A DNA stretch of 64,000 nucleotides, taken from assembly GCF_001194135.2 (NCBI RefSeq), contig NC_069000.1:10776912-10840911 (forward strand), read 5' to 3'. The stretch's first letter is position 1, and every line of letters begins with the position of its first letter. Origin of the DNA: Octopus bimaculoides (Eukaryota). The translations under genes and the position numbers were made by a program. Positions 1-12,658 of the stretch are shown one piece after another. The notes below the pieces were generated by a model. The model did no database searches. It had not been told where the DNA came from and saw only the letters and a program-made list of their open reading frames with translations.

Positions 1-767
1 TATATATATATATATTCAATAATAGGATGAATTCTTTTACAAGAATTTATCAAGTAGCTAGCGCGAAAAAAAAACCTCATAAGGGGGAAAAAATCCATCA
101 TTTATTCCCAAAATATATATTTATTTATATAAGAGCATTACTATACAATAATGCCTCACGCTATGAGGGACTCTAAGGTCAGACTACCATAAAAAATATA
201 TATAATCATCATCATATATATATATATATATATACATACACACACATACATATGTATCTATGTGTATATATGTGTGTGTATGCATATATGTGTGTGTGTG
301 TATTGGTGGCTCACTGCGGTTGTGTTTATCTTATAGTACTGACAAACACTTGTGTACATCCTTTTGTCTTGCTTACTTCTCCACAACAGCAATTTTCCAC
401 TTTCACTACTTGCACACACACACACACACACACACACCATAGAAATGTTTACTCACTGTCCTCTAGACTTGGTGGCAGTGAGCCAACAGCCTTCAAAAAC
501 AACAAATGTAAGAATGTTCCGTTCTTTTACATTCGATTTCCCCACTTTATTCCCACCCACTCTTCTTGATTCTCCTTGCCTATACAATCATTCACCAAGT
601 AGTTTGGATATTTTTATGCCTGTCATTCCTGTGTGTATTTAAATATATTGTCATTTCGGTGTTTTCAGATATCTCTTGGTTTTATTACTTACTGATTTAT
701 TTTCTTTTGGTGTTTGTTGTTGAAAAAAATTTAGTGCCAGAGAAAGAAATTAACTGTGATTTACTGT

Positions 768-1355
768 TTAACCATTTAGTATTCAAACTGGCCATATCTG
801 GCCTGAATATTCTATCTGTCTGATGTTCAAACCGGCCAGATCCAACCTCTTGCACTTATCCTACAATGTCATTCTAAAAATATACAGTCACACCATTAAA
901 CTCTTGTAGCTATGAAATAATGCCTGGTGAATTCAAAACAAAACAAGAGCACTCAGAGAGTGCAAACCTCTGCCAAGGCGACACCAACGTCCTCTGAACG
1001 ATTAGCCAGAGATGATTTTTAAAGTGAGAATATCTGAAATAAACTTAGCTGTTCTCACAAACGAGAATACTAAAAATGAATCTGACTGCTCTCAAAAATT
1101 AAGTAAAAAAACAGGAAAAAATAATCCAGAACCCTTGTCCAGTACTGCATTGATCCCAAAACTAATCAGTTTGTGCCAGTCATGAGGCCAAACATCCCTG
1201 AAAGTTTCATCCGAATCCATCCAGCGGTTCTTGAGATATCTTGTCCATGGACAAACAAACACGACTGAAAACAATACCTCCGCCTTCGCTAAGGCACAGG
1301 TAACAGGCTTATAAGTATTACGTATGACACAGCAATCTGAATGTTAAAGTGTTAA
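768..1355 (-). mobile_element. TTAA-flanked piggyBac-type MITE (family M1), split by a HINE insertion at 942-1303
   Basis: TTAA-CCATTTAG start at 768 and CTGAATGTTAAAGTG-TTAA end at 1355; body matches other M1 copies (10023, 47545, 50838). Confidence 0.75.
942..1303 (-). mobile_element. Helentron-associated non-autonomous element (HINE/DINE-1-like)
   Basis: Terminal palindrome ACCTCCGCCTT-CGCT-AAGGCACAGGT (1276-1301), short (CAAA)n, matching sub-terminal repeat ACCTCTGCC (966-974), stem-loop GCACTC-AGA-GAGTGC (949-963), inserted at AA/TT; this architecture is characteristic of HINEs. Confidence 0.65.
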
Positions 1356-1582
1356 TAGAAAACCATCTAATTTACCAATTGTTTGCTGTTTCAAATAAAA
1401 ATTCTTGTACAATTCACTGGAGGACGACATATTTGTAGAATGCCATATTAAATTTAGGATAATTAAAGTAAAAACATGGTTACAGGTAATACATTATGAG
1501 ATAAAGAATAGAAGAAAAAAATACCTTCTAGATTTTCTAGACTCTAAAAGAAATGGTAGGAACCAGCGATTGCATTGTATAG

Positions 1583-1790
1583 TTTACTCTTTTACTCTTT
1601 TCAGTCATTTGTCTGCAGCCATGCTGGAGCACCGCGTTTAGTCGAGCAAATCGACCCCAAGACTTATTCTTTGTAAGCCTAGTACTTATTCTATCGGTCT
1701 CTTTTGCCGAACCGCTAGGTTATGAGGACGTAAACACACCACCATCGGTTGTCAAGCGATGTTGGGGTGACAAAACACATACATAGAAAC

Positions 1791-1827
<37 letters not shown>

Positions 1828-1998
1828 CATATATACGACAGGCTTCTTTCAGTTTCCGTCTACCAAATCCACTCACAAGGCTTTGGTCGGCTCAAGGCTA
1901 TAATAGAAGACGCTTACCCTAGGTGCCACACAGTGGGACTGAACTCAGAACCATGCGGTTTAGAAGCAAACTTCTTACCACACAACCACACCCACACC
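1583..1998 (-). mobile_element. tRNA-derived SINE, family A (~390 bp, central (TA/TG)n, GAGTAAAA tail)
   Basis: Reverse complement of the copies at 10151 and 23828. Confidence 0.9.
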
Positions 1999-2249
1999 AT
2001 AATTTTTGTTCCAGTTTTTGTTGTAATTTTTCATTCCTTGCCATGTACGGCTTTTACTGTCAGTGATCAACAACATACATTTAAAAAGAAAAAGAAATGT
2101 TTTTAATTCCTTAATCACCAATACACTCATTGCAAGCAATGGAATTTAAAGAATGGGAAGTGTGAATAGCTGTAAATGTATAAGGCTAATATAGGGTGGT
2201 ACTTTACAGCAGATGATGATGATGATGATGATTCTCATAAGACTGAGAT

Positions 2250-2430
2250 ACTGGGCATCACAGAATACTTCTGTCTTCATGTAATGTACTGAAAGCAGGT
2301 TTGTCTGGCAGAGCCTACCTTTCTTCAAGTTATACTCATAGGAGTTGAACTCAGCATGGCAATATAATAAAACTTCTATGAGTAGGATAGTATTTCCACT
2401 TGTATCCGTGTGTTCCAAGCTCTGACACAT
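2250..2430 (-). pseudogene. Decayed CR1/L2-like reverse transcriptase fragment
   Basis: Minus ORF contains EYNLKKGRLCQTNLLS, resembling the QHGFxKGRSCLTNLL motif of CR1-clade RT; rest is poorly conserved. Confidence 0.4.
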
Positions 2431-2727
2431 TTAAAATATTGTTTTTTAATTTTTTTATTCCTGTGATGTTATGATGCCTGGTCTCTGTAAACTAAAAACC
2501 TCTGTCGTTAACTGTGTTTAATAACTAGTGTCCAGAAAGAAAAGTGTGTTTTTGCCTCATCGACCAAGTGTGGATGGGACGTTTCAAAGCACACTGCTCC
2601 GTGAATCTACAAATATTCTTGTGCTATGTTTATTCTATGTAAGTTATGTCAAGGACTTAGCCATTTGATAAACTGGGCTTGATTAAATTAGTGCCAGACA
2701 AAGTAGTGAAGTCAGTATAATCGACTA

Positions 2728-2889
2728 GGCACAGGAGTGGCTGTGTGGTTAGAAGCTTGCTTCCCAACCACATGGTTCTGGGTTCAGTCCCACTGTGTGG
2801 TACCTTGGGCAAGTGTCTTCTACTATAGCTTCGGGTCGGTCAAAGCCTTGTGAGTGGATTTGGTAGATGGAAACTGAAAGAAGCCTATG

Positions 2890-2922
<33 letters not shown>

Positions 2923-3005
2923 CTGTGTTTGTTCCCCCACCATCGCTTGACAACCAATGTTGGTGTGTTTACTTCCCCTGTAACTTAGTAGTTTGGCAAA
3001 AGAAG
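2728..3005 (+). mobile_element. Family A SINE, 5' two-thirds
   Basis: GGCACAGGAGTGGCTGTGTGG head with A/B-box-like motifs. Confidence 0.85.
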
Positions 3006-3029
3006 CCAATAGTAAACTCAAGCTCACTG

Positions 3030-3157
3030 TGTTAAGTGGTTAACGTTAGGAAGGACATCCAAACCACGCCTCAACAGACAGCTGGAGTCTGGACAGCTCC
3101 TTGCTAGTTAGCTCCATATCAAACCGTCCAACCCATGCCAGCATAGAAAGCGGACGT
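3030..3157 (+). mobile_element. Family E (RTE-type tail) fragment
   Basis: CCGTCCAACCCATGCCAGCATAGAAAGCGGACGT tail shared with 6484-6820. Confidence 0.7.
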
Positions 3158-3320
3158 CTGTCTTTTATGTTCTGAGTTCAAATTCCACTGAGGTTGACTT
3201 TACCCATCATCCTTTCGAGGTTGATAAATTAAGTACCAGTTGCATAATGGGGTCGATCTAATTGACTGGCCCACACCCCTCCAAAAATTTTGGGCCTTGT
3301 GCATTGTGTAGAAAAGAATA
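3157..3320 (+). mobile_element. Family B tRNA-derived SINE fragment
   Basis: GTTCTGAGTTCAAATTCC...CATCCTTTCGAGGTTGATAAATTAAGTACCAG body shared with 36408. Confidence 0.8.
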
Positions 3321-4881
3321 TTAAATCAATTTGTTCTTTGACAATTCTGAACATATTCTTATATTAATAACCTAAAATATATCCAAAGTTGGGAGCTTCT
3401 TAAATTTCTTCCAACCACTTGAAGTTTTCCAAATTTTTCACTAGATTATTTTTAAAAAATGTAGTTCAGATGTAGTTTTGCTTGCTGATGACAAAAAAAC
3501 TGCATTCGTTCTTTTCTGGATATTAATAGTAAGAAAGTTACAGGCATTTAAAATTATGTACTTTTAGCCAATTGAAGCCTCAATTGCCAGATACACTGGA
3601 AATCATGACTTTCCCCATGGGAACAGCACATATGAAAGCTTAATGTGATCTGCAGCAATTCTGAATATCTTTCTGTGTTAATAGACTGGACTGTGTCCAG
3701 AACTGACACTTTGCCTACCAAAGATTAGACTTTTAGCCTGTGGTGGTTGGGTAGGACTTAGCTAAGATGTACATGGGCATGAACCTTCTATTCTTATTTT
3801 GTACTTAATCCTAATGTTAATTAACTATCACAGTTGTTGCCCCTTTGCTTTGAGAATGACCGACTTAATTAAATGTTTAGCATCAAATAAGTCAGTGAAA
3901 ATCAAGCAAAGTTTTGTCATCCCTTGACGTGTGTGTATATGTGCGTTTACAGATGTGCCTTATGAGAGAAAGAGAAAGAGAGAAAGTTAGTGAATGTGTG
4001 AAACCAGTTACTACTATTTTGTATAGTCATTAAGTTGGTTACAATCAAATTGCCAACCGAAGAGAGGATAAAATTTTTTTTTTTCTGACTGACTGCTAGA
4101 CTGTACAGAGAAGCAACCAGAAAGAACTAGCATGAAACTCCTGTCATTTTGTAGTCACCACAGTTAGCGGTGTTTACTTAAACTATTGTATGTAGAATGT
4201 TTGTTAACCTGAAAAGCTACATAAAGAGTCGGTGGATTAAAACTGAGAGAAAGGGCTGTGATTGCTCAGATATTGTCAACCAAGAATGCATACTTTTCAT
4301 TTCAGACATACAATCAGCAACATAGTTCTCTTTATTTTAATTACTTTCGCACATTGTATATCATTTAAAATGCTCGTTAACCTGTTTCTCTCTCTCACTC
4401 TCCCTTCTCTCTTTCATTTGATTATTATTAATGTCAACTATTTCATTATGATTTTGGATGAATTTACACCCCAGGCACTTCTTTAAATGAAAATATTTTT
4501 TGTCCGTGATTTTTACCATAAAACTGGGAGCCATTGATAAAGTGTAGCAGAAAACTTCAAGGGTAAAGAATGAAGTTTGCTGAACCTCTGATTAATTTCT
4601 GTTGGGAATCATTTCCTATCAAGCCATTAAGAGAAATCTCTACATGGTCTATTAAAACTTTTAACAATGGCAGCCATATTTCCCGCAAATCATATTTTGT
4701 TGCTCTGATAAAGTTCAGAGCACATTCAATAATGTAACTGTAGATACACTATGTCTGAAAGGAAGACAATACATATATATATAGTCACATCTGAATTTCC
4801 TTTGATCATAGGCCTGCTTATTTAAGATTGTCCTGGGGCTAAACAACACAGCAACAACAAAAGACAAAGTGTCTGCTACCT

Positions 4882-5296
4882 GGCACAGGTATAGCTAGGT
4901 GGTTAAGAAGCTTGTTTTGTAACCTTGTGGTTTTGAGTTCAGGCCTACTGTACAGCACCTTGGGTAAGTGTCTTCTAATATAGCCTGAGCTTACCAATCA
5001 ATGCCTTGTAAGTGAATTTGGTAGGTGGATACTGTGTGGAAGCCTGTGATATATAATATGTGGGTATGTGTTTTTGTGTTTGTTTCTTTACCTCTCCCAC
5101 TTACACTGCTTGACAACTAGTATTGATTCGTTTATATCCCTGTAACATAGCAGTTCTGCAAAAGAGATTGATAGAATAAGTACAAGACTTACAAAACAAA
5201 AATAAACAGATAAACCTAAGTACTAGGCTCAGTTTGCTCAACTAAAACCCTTCAAGGTCGTGCCCCAGCATGGCCACAGTCCAATAACCGAAACAC
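4882..5296 (+). mobile_element. Family A SINE, diverged
   Basis: Colinear with the family A consensus, many substitutions. Confidence 0.8.
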
Positions 5297-6483
5297 ATAG
5301 GTGGGAGGCACCTAATGCATTAGGTCCTTTTCGCTCCCACACTAAAGATCTCACAGGGATTACATGAAACAGTTTGATGCTTGACCTCCCAGAACAGAAA
5401 GAACTGTACAAATTGAATGATTATGAAGAAATTAATTCCGACTTCATCCTATTTCCTCAGACAAAGCTGGTGTTTTGCCACTTTCCGGTTGTTGCCCTGC
5501 TCTCCTGGGGGAAAACTGTCACCGGGAGCATATGTTTTCTCTTTGCCCTATTTAACACTGAAGACACTGACAACATGGACACAGGACGTCCAATAGAGAG
5601 AAAATAGAATTTTTAAACGGCGAGCCAGAAATCAATAATAAAAACTTAAAAAAGGGAAAACAAATATTTACATATCGGCGTTTCTGGTTGTGACATGTGT
5701 GCTGGATTTTCAATGACCTTTTTCATTTGCAATATGAAACAAAAACTGTTGCAATGAAACAACAACGTCAGCTTTTAATGCATATTAATTAAACTACTTT
5801 GAAACACAGGAAATAGTAAAAGAAAAAGAGCTAATAATTAGAGTGCAGGTATACATATATATACATATATATATATATAGTATATATAGTATATCAGATA
5901 TTACGACTGTCTGTCAGTATGATGTGCTGCTGAATTGCAATATCTTTTATGCAGTAACTGTTATGAATACAGTGTTGCTGCATAGATGACCTTATGATGC
6001 ACTTGGATATTGGCCAAGTAAAACTTGACAGCTGAAATTTATGTACACTTAGCAAATGTGTCTAGTAATCCATTGGTTTGTTGGGAAAAAAAACCCATTG
6101 AAAATTTAAATCTATTTGCAAACAGTGTTGTGGGATCGTTGCTGGTGTTACACTGCTGTCCAGCTCTCTATGTCAGCCCTGATCAAATGCATTCCAGCCA
6201 TGACCATCTTGTCTTTTTAGGACTGCATTGTCCAATATGTCCTTTCCTCATATAAGACAGCTGAGTGAGATTTGGCTGCTATTTTTGGCAAGCAGTAAAG
6301 GCTCCTTTATCGGTTCCTGGAAACCTTGTTCAGACTGCAAGTTGGCTCTGATTGGGTAGACATATGATAAAAGGCATTCTAGCCCCAACTGCCCCACCTT
6401 TATTTTATAGGCATAGTGTACCTTGGACAACAGTATCCAGTGTCTTTATTAAGGCAGTTAGGCATCATTTGAAAACACCATTT

Positions 6484-6820
6484 GAGCATGGCCGATGCCA
6501 GTGCTGCCTGACTGGCATGTAAAAAGCACCATCCGAGTGTGGCTGATGCCAGTTCCGCCTGACTGGTACTTGTGCCAGTGATACCTAAAAAGCATGATTC
6601 GAGCGTGACCAATGCCAGTGCCACCTGAGTGGCACGTAAAAAGCACCCACTACACTCTCAGAGTGGTTGGCGCTAGGAAGGGCATCCAGCTGTAGAAACC
6701 TTGCCAAATCTGATTGGAACCTGGTGTAACCCCTCAGCTTGCCATTTCTCAGTCAAACCGTCCAACCCATGCCAGCATGGAAAGCAGACGTTAAACAACA
6801 ACAACGATGATGATGATGAT
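6484..6820 (+). mobile_element. Family E element with ~50-bp internal tandem units and RTE-like (GAT)n tail
   Basis: Repeated GATGCCAGTGC..CTGACTGG..AAAAAGCAC units, then CCAACCCATGCCAGCATGGAAAGCAGACGTTAAAC and (GAT)n. Confidence 0.8.
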
Positions 6821-7442
6821 GTATATAATATATTTTTTATACTAGTTCAGTAATCTCTTGTTTCCAACCATATGTGAATTGAGCGTTCCTATCTGGGATT
6901 GAGCTAATACTTTATTACATTGTTACCAGTCATAACCCACCGGACCGATTATCTATGATTAGTTAATGAATATGTAGAACTTGTTCCCATTAGAAATATC
7001 TTAACATTTATGTAAATATGTGTGTGTGTGTGTATAACATGTTTATTGATTTCTTTTCACTGGAAACAAGGCCAATTTTTTTTTTGTGTTGGTTGGAAGG
7101 GTATTGTTGACTGACTCGACTTATTGTTTCAACCAACACCTGAACAATAAAAGGCAAATTCAATCCCAGCAGGATTACAGCATAGGAGTATGAGGTATCA
7201 AATTAGATTTAATAAAATCAACATTATGACATTCTATCTAATGCCGTGATCATCATCATAATCGTCATCATTTTATATTTGGCTTTCCAATCAGACATAT
7301 AGGTTGGCTGGATCTCATAGTCTTTGTCGCCTTTTGTGGCTTTTTGTCATCTGTCATGCACAATAGCAGAGAAAAAAAACCCCACCCATCTTCATTGTCT
7401 GTCATGTGTTTTTTTTTTGTTTTGTGTGTGTTTTCTTTCATA

Positions 7443-7818
7443 GGTGTAGGAGTGGCTGTGTGGTAAGAAGCTTGCTTCCCAGCCACATGGTTCCAGGTTC
7501 AGTGGCACCTTGGGCAAGCGTCTTCTGCTATAGCCTCAGGCCAACCAAAGCCTTGTGAGTAGATTTGGTAGGTGGAAACTAAAAGAAGCCCATCATCAAC
7601 ATATATATATATGTATATATAGGTATTTTGTTATATGTGTCTGAAAACCGATGTTGATGTGTTTGCGTCCCCGTAACTTAGCAATTCAGCAAAAAGAGAC
7701 CGACGGAATAGGTACTAGGCTTACAAAGAATAAATCCTGGGGTTGATTTGTTCGACTAAAGATGGTGCTCCAGCATGGCCACAGTCACAATGACTGAAAC
7801 AAGTAAGAGAAGAAAAGA
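7443..7818 (+). mobile_element. Family A SINE
   Basis: Head GGTGTAGGAGTGGCTGTGTGG to tail GACTGAAACAAGTAAG. Confidence 0.9.
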
Positions 7819-8533
7819 ATAACTGGATGCCCTTCCTCTCACCAACCTCTCCGCAACCAGTTTATAAAATAGTCTCTTTTTAACTTTGTTGAATTTGTCA
7901 TTTCCTGAATTGTTTTGTAACTTGAATAAATCATACAAAAATCCGCAATGCCGTAGGTTATAGCCTTGAAATCCAAACTTTATTGAGTTAGAGTGCTAAA
8001 GATTGTATGCCATGGTGTCTGTGGTCATTCAGTTCATAATTATCCTATCTTTTCTTTCTTTTTCTTTTTTTTTTTTTGCATGCAGTGTACCTAGGGCTAC
8101 ATTAACTAATATCTCCTATCCTTCTTAAGTTGGTAGGATGTGATTTTTTCTTTTGGAAAATTTGGCTGTTAATTCTGGCAAATCAGACAACCACATCGAA
8201 GATGCTCCTCCTTCATTAGCTCGGTTGGGGTGGGCATGTTACAGCTACTCTACTACATCACTGGTATTTATACAGTCCTGAATTGATAAAAATCAGAGTG
8301 GATCCAAATTAGATTTCCTCTGAGGATGGTTAAACAACAAACTAAAACACAATAAAGCATCTAATCTAATCTAATCTATCAATACCCCGTCTCCACCATT
8401 TCTGTAATCTGAGGAGATCTATGTGTCTGGCTTCAAGACTAGATTAGTCTCATTTCTCTCCTACTGAATCAATCACAGAGAGTTTATTTGTCCTACCTAA
8501 CTTTAGATTCTATTTTAACCTGCTGCATGAAGT

Positions 8534-9019
8534 CTCTTTACTCTTTTACTTGTTTCAGTCATTTGACTGTGGCCATGCTGGAGCACTGCCTTTTATAGTC
8601 GAGCAAATCGACCCCAGAGCTTATTCTTTGTAAGCCGAGTACTTATTCTGTCGGTCACTTTTGCCGAACTGCTAAGTTATGGGGACGCAAACACACCAGC
8701 ATCGGTTGTCAAGTGATGCTGGGGGGACAAGCAAACACACAAACATACATGCACATACATACATATATACATATATGATGGGCTTTTTCCAGTTTCCGTT
8801 ACCAAATCCACTCACAAGGCTTTGGTCAGCCTGAGGCTATAGTAGAAGACACTTGCTCAAGATGCNNNNNNNNNNNNNNNNNNNNNNNNNNNNNNNNNNN
8901 NNNNNNNNNNNNNNNNNNNNNNNNNNNNNNNNNNNNNNNNNNNNNNNNACACCGTAGGACTGAACCCAGGACCATGTGGTTGGTAAGCAAGATACTTACC
9001 ACACAGCCACTCCTGCGCC
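8534..9019 (-). mobile_element. Family A SINE (spans N-gap)
   Basis: Reverse-complement tail at 8534 and head CCACTCCTGCGCC at 9019. Confidence 0.9.
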
Positions 9020-9489
9020 TATACACACACACACACACACACACACATACATACACACATATTGCCTGCAGGCTGAATCCACCATAGTTGGCAAGCTGGA
9101 TTTGTTTAATTTGGGTATAAGATACATGCCTACCAAGTATGTAACAACACATTTGCACGAACGCACACACTTGCACACAAAAACATCTGTATGCATTAAA
9201 GTATATGTGTCCTTCATCTGTTTCAGCAATAAGTACTCCAGTAATTAGATCCAATGAACTACTTAATTATTGTAATAATGTCTAAGTGACTGGGTATTCC
9301 ACAGACACATGTATGTGCCCTTAGTTTAATCCTCAGGCAGAATTGACACGATACTGTGTGTTGAAGTTGCTCCTTTGAATTAGAGATATAATTCATTTTT
9401 CAGTCCTTTCACTCAAAAGGCTTGAATTGACTGGAGACTGTGGTGAAAGGAACTTGCCCAAGATACCCTGCATCATTCCAATCAGCTAG

Positions 9490-9660
9490 CAAAAATTAGT
9501 TGTATCTGTAATTCAAAGGGCCGGCCTTGTCACAGTCTGTGTCACACCGAATCTCCCTGAAAACGACATTGAAGATACATGTGCCTGTGGAGTGCTCAGC
9601 AGGCTGTTCCATTGATCGGATCAACTGGAACACTCGTCGCCATAACCGACAGAGTGCCAG
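9490..9660 (+). mobile_element. Family C SINE, 3' half
   Basis: Matches the 3' half of 46354-46668, ending GACAGAGTGCCA. Confidence 0.8.
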
Positions 9661-10022
9661 TTTACATTAACAGTGTACATGTCTCTGGAATGCTCAGCCA
9701 CTTAGATACTAATTCAAAGAACAGAAGTACCTGCTTTGCACAATCGAATCCTCATTGTCTATTGGGGATTCATTTCGTTACTGTTTTTAGTACTAGACAG
9801 CTTAAACAAACACTGTACTATTGTATAGTATATGTCTTTTGTGTATGGAGAAAGCAGTCCTTTGTTGTCATGACGACAGTGATGTTATCGACAAATGATA
9901 AAGATATGGAATTATATTTTCAGAAATTCGTATGCATCAAATAACATCCCACATCCAGAAATCTTTTACCGACTCTTGGCTGTGATACCATTCTGTGATT
10001 TTATTTATTTATTTATTTATTT

Positions 10023-10655
10023 TTAACCTTTTAGCATTTTATCCAGCCATATCCAGCCCAAATAAATATTCTACCTATTTTATGCTTAAACTGGCCAGAT
10101 CTGGCCTCTCACATCTACCCTACAGTGTGATTGTTAAAAATAAACAATCATAGGCGCAGTAGTGACTGTGTGGTAAGTAGCTTGCTTACCAACCACATGG
10201 TTACGGGTTCAGTCCCACTGCGTGGCACCTTGGGCAAGTGTCTTCTACTATAGCCTCTGGCTGACCAAAGCCTTGTGAGTGGATTTGGTAGACGGAAACT
10301 GAAAGAAGCTTGTCATGTATATGTATATATATATGTGTGTGTGTTTGTGTGTCCGTGTTTGTCCCCGTTTGACAACCGATGCTGGTGTGTTTACGTCCCC
10401 GTAACTTAGCAATTTGGCAAAAGAGACCGATAGAATAAGTACTAGGCTTACAAAGAATAAGTCCTGGAGTCGATTTGCTCGACTAAAGGCGGTGCTCCAG
10501 CATGGCCGCAGTCAAATGACTGAAACAAGTAAAAGAGTAATCACATCATTAAAAAATTATGAAGTTATGAGATAAATGCATGATTATTAATTCAAAACGA
10601 TGAAAATAAATAAGCATTACATTTGACAGTGTAATCTGAATGCTTGAAGGGTTAA
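10023..10655 (-). mobile_element. M1 TTAA MITE interrupted by a family A SINE
   Basis: TTAACCTTTTAG at 10023, GAAGGG-TTAA at 10655; halves join across the SINE. Confidence 0.8.
10151..10538 (+). mobile_element. Family A SINE, young, full length, AATCA target duplication
   Basis: AATCA at 10146-10150 and 10539-10543 flank the element; close to consensus. Confidence 0.92.
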
Positions 10656-11188
10656 ACACAAGGTAACACTTTTGAAAAATGGTCAGCTATATTAACCCCT
10701 AATGTTCAACCTGTACTTTATTTTATTTTATTGACCCTTCCAAGAAGGATGACATTGAAGGTCGGTTTTACTACAGATTTGATCTCAGGAATGCAAAGTG
10801 GTGCAACTAGACACCACTAGATTTTCTTCTTTTTTTTTCTGAAATTCTATCTACCAGCTCAGTCGCTCTATCATTCTGTAATAATGATAGTAGTGTAAAT
10901 ATTACAATGGTGATGACAACTGCGATAAAAATCGTGTTTCTCTTAATAAAAAGGGTCTGTGGCATTTCATTGGCATCTAAAGGACCCCATATGAAGTGGG
11001 TCTAGTGTTTGACATTTGAGAAATCGGTGTATTTTCAGTGATTAGGTGATGCAAGTATGAACATGAGGTCTTTTGTTAAATTGCTATTGAAGATGTTTTT
11101 GTTAAATATTGTTATTGTTTTTGTTGAATAAAATTTGTTGGCAAAAAGCCGCAATAATTATGCACCAACCCAGTATATTTCCCCTCCC

Positions 11189-11423
11189 CTCCTTCACTCA
11201 GGATTTAGTTAACTCTTTGCCTGCCCTGTGTACCACATGTGACGCAGGATATTTTTCCCTGGCGTCCATGTTCTATTATCATCATCGTTTAACGTCAGCA
11301 TGGAAAGCGGACGTTAAATGATGATGATGATGATGATAGTATATGGACGCCAGGGAAATATATCCTGTGTCACATGTGATACACAGGGTAGGCAAAGAAT
11401 TAACTAAATCCTGAGTGAAGGAG
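11189..11423. repeat. Inverted repeat (fold-back) centred on an RTE-type tail
   Basis: Outer arms of ~83 bp differ at about 6 positions; inner arms ATCATCATCGTTTAACGTC / GACGTTAAATGATGATGAT; 13-nt loop. Confidence 0.9.
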
Positions 11424-11779
11424 GAGAGCGGGGTGGGGGTGGGGGAAGTATTTTTCTTTTAAATTTTAACCAAGTGTGTTTTGCTTAAAAGTGCAGATAA
11501 AACAGGTGAAGATATATATAAATTGGTTTTAGAAATTCATAACATTTGCAATGTGGCTTCAACAATCTGATGTGAAGCAAGTCAGAGGAGACAGGTGAGA
11601 TAAGAAAATGAGAAAAAAAAAAAAGAGAGAGTTGGGTGAGGTGGGGGTGGAATGTAAAAAGTAGTCTCTTTGAGCAAAGCTTTTGTCAAGTTTTCTCTTT
11701 CTCCCTCTCTCTCATACATATATGCACATATTCACCACACATCTTGTAACAGCCTTCTGGCTATAATAACTTTATGTTG

Positions 11780-11832
<53 letters not shown>

Positions 11833-12625
11833 CATATATATATATATAAAACAGAATAANNNNNNNNNNNNNNNNNNNNNNNNNNNNNNNNNNNNNNNNN
11901 NNNNNNNNNNNNNNNNNNNNNNNNNNNNNNNNNNNNNNNNNNNNNNNNNNNNNNNNNNNNNNNNNNNNNNNNNNNNNNNNNNNNNNNNNNNNNNNNNNNN
12001 NNNNNNNNNNNNNNNNNNNNNNNNNNNNNNNNNNNNNNNNNNNNNNNNNNNNNNNNNNNNNNNNNNNNNNNNNNNNNNNNNNNNNNNNNNNNNNNNNNNN
12101 NNNNNNNNNNNNNNNNNNNNNNNNNNNNNNNNNNNNNNNNNNNNNNNNNNNNNNNNNNNNNNNNNNNNNNNNNNNNNNNNNNNNNNNNNNNNNNNNNNNN
12201 NNNNNNNNNNNNNNNNNNNNNNNNNNNNNNNNNNNNNNNNNNNNNNNNNNNNNNNNNNNNNNNNNNNNNNNNNNNNNNNNNNNNNNNNNNNNNNNNNNNN
12301 NNNNNNNNNNNNNNNNNNNNNNNNNNNNNNNNNNNNNNNNNNNNNNNNNNNNNNNNNNNNNNNNNNNNNNNNNNNNNNNNNNNNNNNNNNNNNNNNNNNN
12401 NNNNNNNNNNNNNNNNNNNNNNNNNNNNNNNNNNNNNNNNNNNNNNNNNNNNNNNNNNNNNNNNNNNNNNNNNNNNNNNNNNNNNNNNNNNNNNNNNNNN
12501 NNNNNNNNNNNNNNNNNNNNNNNNNNNNNNNNNNNNNNNNNNNNNNNNNNNNNNNNNNNNNNNNNNNNNNNNNNNNNNNNNNNNNNNNNNNNNNNNNNNT
12601 ATTTTCCCTAAAACTATATATATTT

Positions 12626-12658
<33 letters not shown>

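Noticed and set aside
5290-5365. Possible hammerhead or HDV-like ribozyme
   Set aside because: CTGTGAG…CGAAA lacks a proper CUGANGA core, stem II, NUH triplet and stem I; HDV P3/P1.1 pairing absent
6484-6650. Short repeats with variable spacing resembling a CRISPR array
   Set aside because: Eukaryotic context; units are degenerate internal repeats of a dispersed retroposon with no unique spacers
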